From Trichlorobacter lovleyi SZ (lineage in GTDB: Bacteria > Desulfobacterota > Desulfuromonadia > Geobacterales > Pseudopelobacteraceae), in NCBI RefSeq assembly GCF_000020385.1, contig NC_010814.1:840001-872000 (forward strand): 32,000 nucleotides of DNA, written 5' to 3'. A program made the translations under genes and the position numbers. Below are positions 8,722 to 17,108 of the stretch, in pieces. Within the stretch, counting starts at the first letter, position 1; each line of letters starts with the position of its first letter. The notes under the pieces were generated by a model. The model was not told the DNA's origin, ran no database searches, and was given only the letters and a program-made list of their open reading frames with translations.

Positions 8722-10764
8722 ATGGAACAGTATGCAGTTTACTTCGCCCTGGCCTGCGCCGTGGCAGCCGTTATCTACGGTCTGGTTTCGGCACAGTGGA
8801 TCCTGGGGCTGCCCCAGGGCAATGAGCGGATGAAGCAGATCGCAGCAGCGATTCAGGAAGGCGCCAGCGCCTACATGAAGCGTCAGTACACCATTATTGC
8901 CGTTGTTGGTGTGATTATGTTCGTTGCCCTCTTTGCCACCCTGGGCTGGAAAACCGCAGTCGGTTTTGCTGTTGGTGCCATTTTCTCCGGTCTGACCGGC
9001 TTTATCGGCATGTTTGTCTCGGTGCGGGCCAACATCCGCACCACTGAGGCTGCCAAATCAGGTATCCATAAGGCCCTGAACGTTGCCTTCAAAGGCGGTG
9101 CCATCACCGGTATGCTGGTGGTCGGTCTGGGCCTGCTGGGGGTCGCCGGTTACTACTTCACCCTGCAAAAGCTGATGCCGGGTGCACCGGTTAAGGATGT
9201 GGTCAGTCAGCTGGTAGGTCTGGGCTTTGGCGGTTCGCTGATTTCAATCTTTGCCCGTCTGGGGGGCGGTATCTTCACCAAGGGCGCTGACGTCGGCGCT
9301 GACCTGGTGGGTAAGGTTGAAGCCGGTATTCCTGAGGACGATCCCCGTAACCCGGCAGTTATCGCAGATAACGTTGGTGACAACGTCGGTGACTGCGCCG
9401 GTATGGCTGCCGACCTGTTCGAGACTTACGCTGTTACGCTGATTGCCGCCATGCTGCTGGGTGCCATAGCTTTCAATAACTTTGCCGGCGCTGTCAGCTA
9501 CCCCCTGATTCTGGGCGGTATCTCCATCATCGCCTCCATCATCGGCACTTTCTTTGTCAAGCTGGGTGCCAGCCAGAAGATCATGCCGGCTCTCTATAAA
9601 GGTCTGATCGCTTCAGGTGTACTTGCCTGTATCGCTTTTTACTTTGTTACCGTCCAGATGTTCCCTGCAGGTAACCCCACCGGTTACTCGGCCACCAACA
9701 TCTTTATTTCAGCCATTGTTGGTCTGGTGGTAACCGGTGCCATCTTCTGGATTACCGAGTACTACACCGCCACTGAATACGGTCCGGTCAAGCATATTGC
9801 CCAGGCTTCCACCACCGGCCACGCCACCAACATCATCGCCGGTCTTGGTGTCTCCATGAAGTCTACTGCTGCACCGGTAATTGTAATCGCCGCCGGTATC
9901 ATTGTGGCCTACAAATGTGCCGGCGTGTACGGCATTGCCATTGCTGCTGTTTCCATGCTGTCGCTGACCGGTATCGTGGTTGCCATGGATGCCTATGGTC
10001 CGATCACCGATAACGCCGGTGGTATTGCTGAAATGGCGGAACTGGATGATTCAGTCCGTGCGGTAACCGATCCGCTGGATGCGGTTGGTAATACCACCAA
10101 GGCGGTTACCAAAGGCTATGCCATCGGTTCAGCCGGTCTGGCTGCGGTGATTCTGTTCACCTCCTATGTGGATGAGCTGAAGGCTGCCGGTAAGGCGATC
10201 GATTTCAGTTTGTCTGATCCGTACATCATCGTCGGCCTGTTCCTGGGCGGGATGCTGCCCTACTACTTTGCTGCCCAGTGTATGGAAGCGGTGGGCAAGG
10301 CCGGCGGATCGGTTGTTGAGGAAGTGCGTCGTCAGTTCCGTGAGATCCCCGGTATTATGGAAGGTACCGGTAAGCCGGACTATGCCTCCTGTGTTGATAT
10401 CGTCACCAAGACGGCTTTGAAGGAGATGATCATTCCGGGTATCATTCCGATCGCTGCCCCGATCATCATCGGCTTTACCCTGGGGCCCAAGGCCCTGGGT
10501 GGTGTGATCGTCGGCACGATCGTTACCGGTATCTTTGTGGCCATCTCCATGACCACCGGTGGCGGTGCCTGGGATAACGCCAAGAAGTACATTGAAGACG
10601 GGTATTTCGGCGGCAAGGGAGGCGATGCCCATAAGGCAGCTGTTACCGGCGACACCGTCGGCGACCCCTACAAGGATACTGCCGGTCCTGCGGTTAACCC
10701 GATGATCAAGATCATCAACATTGTTTCCCTGATGATTGTGCCGCTGCTTGCAAAGTTGATGTAA
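8722..10764 (+). CDS. hppA: Membrane-integral proton-translocating pyrophosphatase, K+-independent type
   Basis: ATG at 8722 with AGGAGG at 8710-8715. The hallmarks [18 protein letters not shown] and [16 protein letters not shown] are present, with many transmembrane segments. [10 protein letters not shown] has Lys (AAG 10099-10101) at the position that is Ala in K+-dependent enzymes. Confidence 0.95.
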   Translation: MEQYAVYFALACAVAAVIYGLVSAQWILGLPQGNERMKQIAAAIQEGASAYMKRQYTIIAVVGVIMFVALFATLGWKTAVGFAVGAIFSGLTGFIGMFVSVRANIRTTEAAKSGIHKALNVAFKGGAITGMLVVGLGLLGVAGYYFTLQKLMPGAPVKDVVSQLVGLGFGGSLISIFARLGGGIFTKGADVGADLVGKVEAGIPEDDPRNPAVIADNVGDNVGDCAGMAADLFETYAVTLIAAMLLGAIAFNNFAGAVSYPLILGGISIIASIIGTFFVKLGASQKIMPALYKGLIASGVLACIAFYFVTVQMFPAGNPTGYSATNIFISAIVGLVVTGAIFWITEYYTATEYGPVKHIAQASTTGHATNIIAGLGVSMKSTAAPVIVIAAGIIVAYKCAGVYGIAIAAVSMLSLTGIVVAMDAYGPITDNAGGIAEMAELDDSVRAVTDPLDAVGNTTKAVTKGYAIGSAGLAAVILFTSYVDELKAAGKAIDFSLSDPYIIVGLFLGGMLPYYFAAQCMEAVGKAGGSVVEEVRRQFREIPGIMEGTGKPDYASCVDIVTKTALKEMIIPGIIPIAAPIIIGFTLGPKALGGVIVGTIVTGIFVAISMTTGGGAWDNAKKYIEDGYFGGKGGDAHKAAVTGDTVGDPYKDTAGPAVNPMIKIINIVSLMIVPLLAKLM

Positions 10765-10785
10765 CGGCTGCAGACGGTTGGAACA

Positions 10786-10825
10786 GAAAAACGGCAGGGG
10801 GGTGAATTCCCCTGCCGTTTTTTTT
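10786..10825. terminator. Bidirectional rho-independent terminator between hppA and the diiron protein gene
   Basis: Stem ACGGCAGGGG (10791-10800) / CCCCTGCCGT (10809-10818), flanked by an A-run upstream and T7 downstream. Confidence 0.85.
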
Positions 10826-10847
10826 AGTTGCGCTGTCTTTCCTGAAG

Positions 10848-11345
10848 CTATTCTCTTACATACGTATCAACATCGCTATCGTTTACCATCCCCATGATAT
10901 GGGCATACTCTGCCTCTATCAAGGCGAAATGACCTTCTGTCTCCTTAACCACCCGCTCGAAAATCGCCTTGACCATTGGATCAACAACTCCGGCAGCAAG
11001 CTGGGTGTACTGGCCGATGCATTCCTTTTCTTCAATGAGGGCCAGCTCCATGGCTTTCTGCTCCCCCATGTCTTCGCTGATCGCTTTTTCGAGCTTTACG
11101 TAGGTAGGGTTCTTGGTGTCAACCGGGGTTGCCATAAAACTCTGTAGATCGCCAAACTCAGTCCCCTTGTAGTGATCAAAGAAGTGTTTTACATGGGTTG
11201 CCTCTTCTGCTGCCAGCATTTCCAGCACCTTCTTTGCCCGTTCATTCTTGGCCACCGATGCTGCCCTGGCGTAGAAGTCCATGCTGTCTTTTTCTGCCTT
11301 AATGGCAAGTTTCAGGGCCTCTTGAACTGAGTATTCCTTTCCCAT
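10848..11345 (-). CDS. Rubrerythrin-family (ferritin-like diiron) protein without rubredoxin domain
   Basis: Start taken at ATG 11345 with AGGGAGGG 7 nt upstream. A four-helix diiron ligand pattern is visible: E...(EKDSMDFY), ExxH (AAEEATH), E (IEEKECI) and ExxH (ETEGHF). 165 aa. Confidence 0.75.
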   Translation of the reverse strand: MGKEYSVQEALKLAIKAEKDSMDFYARAASVAKNERAKKVLEMLAAEEATHVKHFFDHYKGTEFGDLQSFMATPVDTKNPTYVKLEKAISEDMGEQKAMELALIEEKECIGQYTQLAAGVVDPMVKAIFERVVKETEGHFALIEAEYAHIMGMVNDSDVDTYVRE

Positions 11346-11385
11346 GATTGTTCCCTCCCTAGAATGTGATGGTCTGATGAGATGG

Positions 11386-11413
11386 GTTATACCCGCAAAT
11401 TGGAATACTGCAA
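11386..11413 (-). promoter_or_regulatory. Candidate sigma70-type promoter for the diiron protein gene (TTGCAG-N16-TATAAC on the minus strand)
   Basis: On the minus strand, the -10 TATAAC is at 11386-11391 and the -35 TTGCAG at 11408-11413, about 40 nt upstream of the ATG. Confidence 0.3.
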
Positions 11414-11460
11414 GTGCTGGGGATGAAATTTTTGCTCTGTTGGCAAAAGGACTGAGCCGC

Positions 11461-11496
11461 AATAAAAAAGGGCGCCAGCCTGTTGGCTGACACCCT
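11461..11496 (-). terminator. Rho-independent terminator (minus strand) with no complete gene in front of it
   Basis: 12-bp stem with 10/12 pairs (AGGGCGCCAGCC 11469-11480 / GGCTGACACCCT 11485-11496), loop TGTT, followed on the minus strand by TTTTTTATT. It lies 10 nt beyond the CCA of the tRNA-like fragment. Confidence 0.7.
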
Positions 11497-11506
11497 TAGA
11501 TAGTTA

Positions 11507-11526
11507 TGGCTCCCCACGCGGGACTC
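11507..11526 (-). other. tRNA 3'-end fragment (T-loop/T-stem 3' half, acceptor 3' strand, discriminator, CCA); probable att remnant
   Basis: The minus strand reads GAGTCCCGCGTGGGGAGCCA. This fits ..GAGTCCCGC (T-arm 3' side), GTGGGGA (acceptor 3' strand), G (discriminator) and CCA. The sequence 5' of it (TGCGGTGG...) breaks the T-arm, and no matching 5' acceptor strand (TCCCCAC) or cloverleaf exists in the next 90 nt. Confidence 0.5.
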
Positions 11527-11691
11527 CCACCGCAATTTTTTCCGTCATCACTTCAGTTTTATGCTCAGTCCGGTCAAGAAAAACCATCCGAGAACGGAGT
11601 ATCGGTTTCAGAGAATGCATGGCTGAAGTTACTACGAAATATCGGTAACTATCAACAAATACCTATGATTTGGAACAGCCGCACGCGAGAT

Positions 11692-11952
11692 TCATTCTTC
11701 AAGTGACAGTGACTTTTCCACTGCCTCCCTGACGAACTCATACTTCTGCATCATCCGCAGCAGATCGAGAGCCGTCATGCCCGTGTCCTTGTAATACCAG
11801 TTCCGTGCCCGCTCCACAGGGATGTTGAGGTCGCGTGCCACCTGCTTTGTCATGATCTTTCGCTTCCGCAGCAACTTCACAATATATCGCGTCAGGTCGC
11901 CATTGTTGAGTTCATTTTTGTGGCAGATCTGCCACAGAATCATAGTAGACAT
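11692..11952 (-). CDS. Small helix-turn-helix DNA-binding protein (XRE/excisionase-like size class)
   Basis: The ORF is divergent from the recombinase gene. MTKQVARDLNIPVERARNWYYKDTGMTALDLLRMMQ looks like an HTH. Likely starts are ATG 11952 or 11943 rather than 12021, which would overlap the recombinase start. Confidence 0.55.
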   Translation of the reverse strand: MSTMILWQICHKNELNNGDLTRYIVKLLRKRKIMTKQVARDLNIPVERARNWYYKDTGMTALDLLRMMQKYEFVREAVEKSLSLEE

Positions 11953-12015
11953 ACGTTCCTTGTTGGTTGAAAGTATTACCGGAATATTCTGTGTGGAATT
12001 AAGGAGATACCCGGG

Positions 12016-13620
12016 ATGCAACCAGCAGGAACGGCATATACAGCGGCTGAAATCAAGAGCCTGCGCCTGAAAGGTGCCATGTATATCCGCATGTCCACTG
12101 AGATGCAGGTGGAGTCACCGGAAAACCAGGAGCGGGCGATACGTGCCTATGCCGCTGAGTACGGCATCGAAATCATCAAGACCTATGCGGATCTGGGTGT
12201 CAGCGGGATCAACACGGAAAAACGGGAGCAGTTTCAGGCTCTGATTGACGATGTGGAACAGGGGCGGAACGGCTACAACATTGTCCTGTATCTGGATGAA
12301 AGCCGTTGGGGACGGTTCGTAGACAGCCGCGAGGCCGAATATCATCGGATGAGGTTGGAACGCAGAAACGTCGTCTGCCAGTCCTGTGAAAAGCCGGTAA
12401 CACTGACCAGCAATCTTGCCGACCGGATTATGACCCTGCTGCGGGACGAGAGCGCCAGCGACTATTGCCGCCAGCTATCTCAGAAGGTCTGGGCGGGACA
12501 GTGCAACCTGGTGTCAAAAGGATTTCGGCAGGGAGGTGTGGCGGGGTTCGGGCTCCGGCGCATGCTGTTGGACGAGGCCGGCAGACCCAAGCAGGAACTG
12601 GCCATGGGGCAGCGGAAAAGCTTGCTCACCGAGCGGGTGATCCTGATGCCGGGCCCGGAGGAGGAATGCCGGACAGTGCTTTGGATCTATGACCAGTTCA
12701 TTGCCGGCAGCAGCGAAACTTACATTGCAACGCAGCTGAACGAACAAGGGGTGAAAACCCATTTCGGCCGTCCCTGGTCAAGAGGAACCGTGTGCGAGGT
12801 GCTGACCAATGAGAAATACGTCGGCAACAATCTGTTCAACCGCACCTCAGGCAAGATGAAGAGCCGGGCCAAACCGAATCCGGAAAATGAATGGGTCCGC
12901 AAGGATCACGCCTTCGAGCCTGTAGTGGACCTGGAGCGTTTCTACATTGTTCAGGGGATCTACCGGGAGCGGAACAAGAAGGCTACTGACGAGGAACTGC
13001 TGCAGGGGCTGCGGGATTTATACGCCAGCCAAGGAAGACTATCGGCGCTGATCATTGACGAAGCTGATTTCCTGCCTCCCTGCAGTCTGATCCGCAATCG
13101 TTTCGGAGGACTGCTGCGGGTCTATCAGATGATTGGCTACACCCCGAAGCGTGACTATCAGTATGTCGCCATCAACCAACGGCTGCGTGCTCTCCATGCC
13201 GAGATCGTGGCCGATGTCGTTCGTGACATTGAAAACCTCTGCGGCAGGCGGATTCCCATCGCCCCGGAAAGCTGCCTGCTGGAATTGAACAACAATCTGT
13301 ACATTTCAATCGTCATCAGCCGCTGCTTCACCACCCCTTCCGGAACCCGGCGATGGAAGATCCGTTTCGACAGCGGTCTCCGTCCTGACATAACCGTAGC
13401 GATACGCATGGATGTCCGTAATGAGGCGATCCGGGATTACTACATCCTGCCCGCGCTGGAATTTTCAGCAGATCAGTTGAAGCTGTCGGAGGAGAACGCG
13501 GGATTTCTGGACGGCTTTCGTACCGATACACTGGATTATCTGCTGAAACTGAGCGTCAACATCTCTCTCGACAAGGCGGTGCACCATGGAGCATGGGGCC
13601 ATAGCGCTTATTCCCATTGA
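12016..13620 (+). CDS. Large serine recombinase (resolvase catalytic domain plus recombinase domain)
   Basis: 534-aa ORF. The N-terminal AMYIRMSTEMQVESPENQERAIRAYAAEYGIEIIKTYADLGVSG...YNIVLYLDESRWGRF is a resolvase/invertase catalytic domain (Ser codon 12094-12096). The long C-terminal extension (GFRQGGVAGFGLRRM..., KYVGNNLFNRTS) is typical of large serine recombinases. An alternative start is ATG 12079. Confidence 0.9.
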   Translation: MQPAGTAYTAAEIKSLRLKGAMYIRMSTEMQVESPENQERAIRAYAAEYGIEIIKTYADLGVSGINTEKREQFQALIDDVEQGRNGYNIVLYLDESRWGRFVDSREAEYHRMRLERRNVVCQSCEKPVTLTSNLADRIMTLLRDESASDYCRQLSQKVWAGQCNLVSKGFRQGGVAGFGLRRMLLDEAGRPKQELAMGQRKSLLTERVILMPGPEEECRTVLWIYDQFIAGSSETYIATQLNEQGVKTHFGRPWSRGTVCEVLTNEKYVGNNLFNRTSGKMKSRAKPNPENEWVRKDHAFEPVVDLERFYIVQGIYRERNKKATDEELLQGLRDLYASQGRLSALIIDEADFLPPCSLIRNRFGGLLRVYQMIGYTPKRDYQYVAINQRLRALHAEIVADVVRDIENLCGRRIPIAPESCLLELNNNLYISIVISRCFTTPSGTRRWKIRFDSGLRPDITVAIRMDVRNEAIRDYYILPALEFSADQLKLSEENAGFLDGFRTDTLDYLLKLSVNISLDKAVHHGAWGHSAYSH

Positions 13621-14452
13621 AGATATTCACATCCTGAATCCGCGGGTGCGCAATCAGATCATCGCCGAAGAGATTCGGCAGAATATTCGCAGCATCGGCC
13701 TGAAACGGCCCATCACGGTCGCTCCCCGGAAGGATGGTAAAAACGGCAAGCAGTATGACCTCGTGTGTGGCCAGGGGAGGATCGAGGCCTTCATTGCCGC
13801 CGGGGAAACGGAAATCCCCGCGATCATTCGCGAGGTAAGCGAAGAAGATGCGCACATCATGAGCCTGGTGGAGAATATCGCCCGGCGCAACAACAGTGCC
13901 CTGGAACTCCTGCAGAGCATCAAGTATCTGAAAGGCCAGGGGTACGCGGACGACGCTATCGCCGCCAAGACCAACCTTGGCAGAGACTACATTCGCGGCA
14001 TCATCCGTCTGCTTGAGGAGGGAGAGGAATACCTGGTGAACGCCGTGGAAAAGGGGCGAATCCCGCTCTACCAGGCGCTGAACATCGCGGCGGAAGACGA
14101 CGCCGCCGTCCAGACTGCCCTGACGGAGGCATATGAATCGGGGGCATTGACCGGAAAAAAGCTGGTCGCGGTACAGAAGATCATTTCCCGGCGCAAACAT
14201 TACGGCAAAGGGCTATCGGCTCCGCCACGCGAGAAGGCCAATCTTTCCGCAGAGGATCTGATCGCGGCCTATGAGAACGGCGCCCGGGAGAAGAAACGGC
14301 TGCTGGCACAGTCGAACTACATCAAGGATGTCCTGGACTACACAGCCATGGCTCTGCGGCAGTTGTTGAACGAAGTCCATTTCACCAATCAGCTGAAGGC
14401 TGTCGGCATGAATGAAATACCTCTGCATGTCACGGAACTTCTGAAAAGGTAG
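13586..14452 (+). CDS. ParB/Srx N-terminal-domain protein 1 (RepB/ParB-like, no ParA partner)
   Basis: 288-aa ORF with IPIEDIHILNPRVRN, GLKRPITVAP, YDLVCGQGRIEAFIAAG (at the position of the ParB GERRxRA box) and SLVENIARRN. The C-terminal half is helical. It overlaps the recombinase 3' end by 35 nt. Confidence 0.8.
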   Translation: MEHGAIALIPIEDIHILNPRVRNQIIAEEIRQNIRSIGLKRPITVAPRKDGKNGKQYDLVCGQGRIEAFIAAGETEIPAIIREVSEEDAHIMSLVENIARRNNSALELLQSIKYLKGQGYADDAIAAKTNLGRDYIRGIIRLLEEGEEYLVNAVEKGRIPLYQALNIAAEDDAAVQTALTEAYESGALTGKKLVAVQKIISRRKHYGKGLSAPPREKANLSAEDLIAAYENGAREKKRLLAQSNYIKDVLDYTAMALRQLLNEVHFTNQLKAVGMNEIPLHVTELLKR

Positions 14453-14457
14453 CAGTC

Positions 14458-15351
14458 ATGTCGAACATAATAAAGCAGGGATTCCAAGAAAAACTGATCG
14501 AACTTGGCGTGGAGGAGCTGCTCCCCACCAAGAACATTTCCATCTATGCGATGAAATGCAGAAAGTATGGTCAGGTCCTTTCCTCCATCCGGGAAGTGGG
14601 GCTTATCGAAGCGCCTGTGGTTGCACCCCTCAAGAAAGGTAAAGGCTATCTCCTACTCGATGGCCACTTACGGGTCATGGCCCTGAAGGAACTGAGAGTA
14701 GAGCGCGTCTCCTGCCTGATCTCCACCGATGACGAGACTTATACCTACAACAAATACATCAACCGGCTTTCAGCGATCCAGGAACATCGCATGATCTTGA
14801 AGGCCATACAGTCGGGAGTTTCGGAAGAAAAGCTCGCCAGGGCCTTGAACCTTGACATCGGAACAATTAGAAACAAGAGGAATCTGCTCGAAGGCATCTG
14901 CTCTGAGGCTGTCGAACTCATGAAAGATAAGGTCGTACCGGAACATGTTTTCAGGGTGTTGAAAAAAATGAAGGCGCCCCGGCAGGTTAACGCTGTCATG
15001 CTGATGAACGACCAGAACAAGTTCACTTCCAACTATGCCAAGGCCCTTCTGGACGCAACTCCGGTGAATCAGCTTGTCAATAAAGGCAGGCCGAAAAAGG
15101 AGACTCCGGCAATACTGGCCCGCCAGGCACGCCTTGAGGAAGAGAGTCTTGCCCTGTCCAGGGAGATCGGCTCATTAAAGGAGCAGTACGGTACCGCGAT
15201 GATCGACATGACATCCATGCAGGCATATCTGAAAAGTCTGCTCGGCAACGAAGCGGTGGCAAGATACCTGCGGGAGCTTCATGGTCCTATTCACGACAAA
15301 TTCAAGGAAATCGCGGAGCTTGACTTTTTCAGGCTGAAGAATATGGCGTGA
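14458..15351 (+). CDS. ParB/Srx N-terminal-domain protein 2 (RepB/ParB-like)
   Basis: 297-aa ORF starting 5 nt after the previous stop. It has LLPTKNIS, GLIEAPVVAP and YLLLDGHLRVMALKEL (DGxxR motif of ParB/sulfiredoxin-fold proteins), plus a coiled-coil-like C-terminus (EEESLALSREIGSLKEQ). Confidence 0.75.
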   Translation: MSNIIKQGFQEKLIELGVEELLPTKNISIYAMKCRKYGQVLSSIREVGLIEAPVVAPLKKGKGYLLLDGHLRVMALKELRVERVSCLISTDDETYTYNKYINRLSAIQEHRMILKAIQSGVSEEKLARALNLDIGTIRNKRNLLEGICSEAVELMKDKVVPEHVFRVLKKMKAPRQVNAVMLMNDQNKFTSNYAKALLDATPVNQLVNKGRPKKETPAILARQARLEEESLALSREIGSLKEQYGTAMIDMTSMQAYLKSLLGNEAVARYLRELHGPIHDKFKEIAELDFFRLKNMA

Positions 15352-15425
15352 GAACCTCGTTCCTGCCAATTCTGGTCAAAGCGAAAATTTGACTTGACGA
15401 TACGGCAACCTCTTTTAATTGCATA

Positions 15426-15674
15426 TTACCTTTCTAAACGATTCAATGTCTTTTCCAAGATGACATTGTTGACCCCCATTCCCAGATAACCGGTCTGGCC
15501 GTAGGTGTCGTAGTTCGTCACCTTGTCCACCAGGTCTTCTATTTCAGCGTTCCTGTCGTGGTACCTGTCTTGATTTTTAATAATCAAAGAAATGCGCTTC
15601 ACCAGAAAATCCGGAAGTTCCTGTTCGTCCTGGGCTATTTCAGTAGCTGCCTGCAGTTTTTCGAATACTGTCAT
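15426..15674 (-). CDS. Small acidic hypothetical protein B (82 aa), paralog-like to the upstream ORF
   Basis: ATG at 15674 is preceded by GGAGGA and lies 2 nt after the stop of the upstream ORF. It aligns without gaps to ORF A, sharing LP.[WF]L, Y, E.L, V..YD.Y...G and TL..LE. Confidence 0.55.
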   Translation of the reverse strand: MTVFEKLQAATEIAQDEQELPDFLVKRISLIIKNQDRYHDRNAEIEDLVDKVTNYDTYGQTGYLGMGVNNVILEKTLNRLER

Positions 15675-15676
15675 CG

Positions 15677-15928
15677 CTATTCCTCCAGCCAGCGCAATGT
15701 CCGTTTGATGTCTTCATGGTCGTAGGCCCACTTACAGCAGCCTGCTTCGGCATAGACGTCATACTCCCGGACTTGAGCGGAAAGAATTTCGACCAGATAC
15801 TCTTTTCCCTGATACAGCTCAGGGCTTCTCGCCACCATAAGGACGGGGTCGGCGAGCCATTTCGGCAGATCATGGTGGTCATACTGTTCAACGGTAACCT
15901 CTTCCAGCTCTCTAAATATGTCGCTCAT
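15677..15928 (-). CDS. Small acidic hypothetical protein A (83 aa), contains a CC pair
   Basis: ATG at 15928 with AAGGTGG 5 nt upstream. It begins 14 nt after the cysteine desulfurase stop. The sequence MSDIFRELEE...YDVYAEAGCCKWAYDHEDIKRTLRWLEE has no recognised domain. Confidence 0.55.
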   Translation of the reverse strand: MSDIFRELEEVTVEQYDHHDLPKWLADPVLMVARSPELYQGKEYLVEILSAQVREYDVYAEAGCCKWAYDHEDIKRTLRWLEE

Positions 15929-15942
15929 GTGAACCACCTTTC

Positions 15943-17076
15943 TTATCCGCGCAGTACACGGAGAATATTTTCAACTTCAGACCAGTCAACATCCGGGGTC
16001 ATGTGACACCACGACAAGCGGATTGATTGTTCCACTTTTTCAGGCGATAACCCCATTGCTACCAGTACATGGCTTGGCGTGTGAGTGTGTGAGGTGCATG
16101 CCGAGGTGCTGGATACGGCAATGACATTCTTAAGAGCCTTGATTGCCAGATCCGAATTGATTCCTGGCAGCGACACATTGAGTACATGCGGCAGCGTGTA
16201 CTCTTCTGCGCCGTTCATCTGTGCGCCAAGCTCCGAAAACACTGCCAGAGCCTGTTCGCGAAATGCCCGGCATTTCTCCCCCCGTTCACAGTTGTTTCGT
16301 ACGGCAAGTTTTGCTGCCTCCCCAAGACCGGCAATGAGTGGGACCGGTAGAGTGCCAGGGCGCAGTCCCTGCTCCTGCCCACCGCCGAACATGAGTGGAC
16401 GGAGTGGCGGGAATTCACGATCATGCTTGCGGGCAATGAGGGCACCTATACCTTTGGGACCGTATATCTTATGGCCGCTTATGGAGATGAGATCGATGCG
16501 CGGGTTCCGGAGCTGCTCCAACTCCTTGCCGAAACCCTGGGCGGCATCGACATGCCACCATGCATTATGGTTGGACAAAATATCTGTCACATCTGTCAGC
16601 GGTTGCAGTATCCCGGTCTCGTTGTTGACCTGCATGGTGGAAACCAGAAGCGTGTCGGGACGAAGTACATCCGCCAATCGCTGTGGATCAAAACGGCCAT
16701 CCCCCCTGACCGGCAGAATCTGCACCTCGAAGCCCAGACGCGTCATCTCGTCAAACGGTTCAAGCACCGCCTTGTGCTCTATGGCAGTGGTAATCAGATG
16801 ACGGCGGCCACTCCGGACACCTTCCCCTGCAAGCCCAAGTATTGCCAGGTTGTTACTCTCCGTCGCGCCGCTGGTAAAAATCACTTCATCGCGGCGTGCC
16901 TTCACCACTTCGGCTACCTGCCCCCGGGCATGTTCCACTGCGGCAAGCGCAAACACACCGTAATCATGGATAGGACTCGCAGCATTGCCAAAATCCTTTT
17001 CCAGGAGTCGCATCACCACCGATGCTACTGACGGTTCCACCGGCGTTGTCGCGTTGCAGTCCAGATAAATAGCCAT
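15943..17076 (-). CDS. Cysteine desulfurase, NifS/IscS-like (class I/V aminotransferase fold)
   Basis: The ORF has YLDCNATTP at the N-terminus, the PLP-lysine region SISGHKIYGPKGIGAL and the catalytic-Cys loop SSTSACTSHTHTPSHVL. The start is probably ATG 17076 (MAIYLDCNATT); a GTG at 17091 is possible. Confidence 0.9.
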   Translation of the reverse strand: MAIYLDCNATTPVEPSVASVVMRLLEKDFGNAASPIHDYGVFALAAVEHARGQVAEVVKARRDEVIFTSGATESNNLAILGLAGEGVRSGRRHLITTAIEHKAVLEPFDEMTRLGFEVQILPVRGDGRFDPQRLADVLRPDTLLVSTMQVNNETGILQPLTDVTDILSNHNAWWHVDAAQGFGKELEQLRNPRIDLISISGHKIYGPKGIGALIARKHDREFPPLRPLMFGGGQEQGLRPGTLPVPLIAGLGEAAKLAVRNNCERGEKCRAFREQALAVFSELGAQMNGAEEYTLPHVLNVSLPGINSDLAIKALKNVIAVSSTSACTSHTHTPSHVLVAMGLSPEKVEQSIRLSWCHMTPDVDWSEVENILRVLRG

Positions 17077-17108
17077 ATATTTCTCTCTCACCGGAATTTA
17101 TTGCCAAG

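Noticed and set aside
11507-11600. Possible complete tRNA or tmRNA gene on the minus strand ending at 11507
   Set aside because: I reverse-complemented about 95 nt. There is no 5' acceptor strand (TCCCCAC), no D-arm or anticodon arm, and the T-loop is non-canonical. A tmRNA would need a GGGG-type 5' end pairing with the 3' strand, which is absent. Only the 3' 20 nt is tRNA-like.
11506-11706. 66-aa plus-strand ORF
   Set aside because: It spans the tRNA-like fragment and the AT-rich spacer, has no SD and encodes an implausible sequence. It is better explained as non-coding junction DNA.
13556-14200. 214-aa minus-strand ORF
   Set aside because: It lies antisense to the ParB-like gene 1, has no SD, and would collide with the tightly packed plus-strand operon.
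15375-15393. Hairpin GTCAAA-N7-TTTGAC between the convergent ParB-like gene 2 and small ORF B, as a possible terminator
   Set aside because: It has only a 6-bp AT-rich stem and no adjoining T-run, so it is too weak to call.
15426-15928. Idea that the two small acidic proteins are IscX (YfhJ)-like modulators of the desulfurase
   Set aside because: The resemblance to my recollection of E. coli IscX is limited to acidity and a ...WL[DE]E-type C-terminus. The spacing of the shared-looking motifs differs by about 28 residues. This cannot be supported without a profile search.
16085-17031. Plus-strand ORFs of 238 and 202 aa
   Set aside because: They lie antisense to the cysteine desulfurase gene. 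The translations are Ser/Arg/Pro/Cys-rich with no recognisable motif.
13586-17076. Idea that the cysteine desulfurase and ParB-fold proteins form a Dnd/Ssp-type DNA phosphorothioation system (DndA plus DndB-like)
   Set aside because: No DndC/SspD-type ATP pyrophosphatase, DndD/SspC ATPase or DndE is present. The ParB-like genes are convergent to the desulfurase and not in the same operon. The ParB-like proteins also lack an obvious DGQHR motif.
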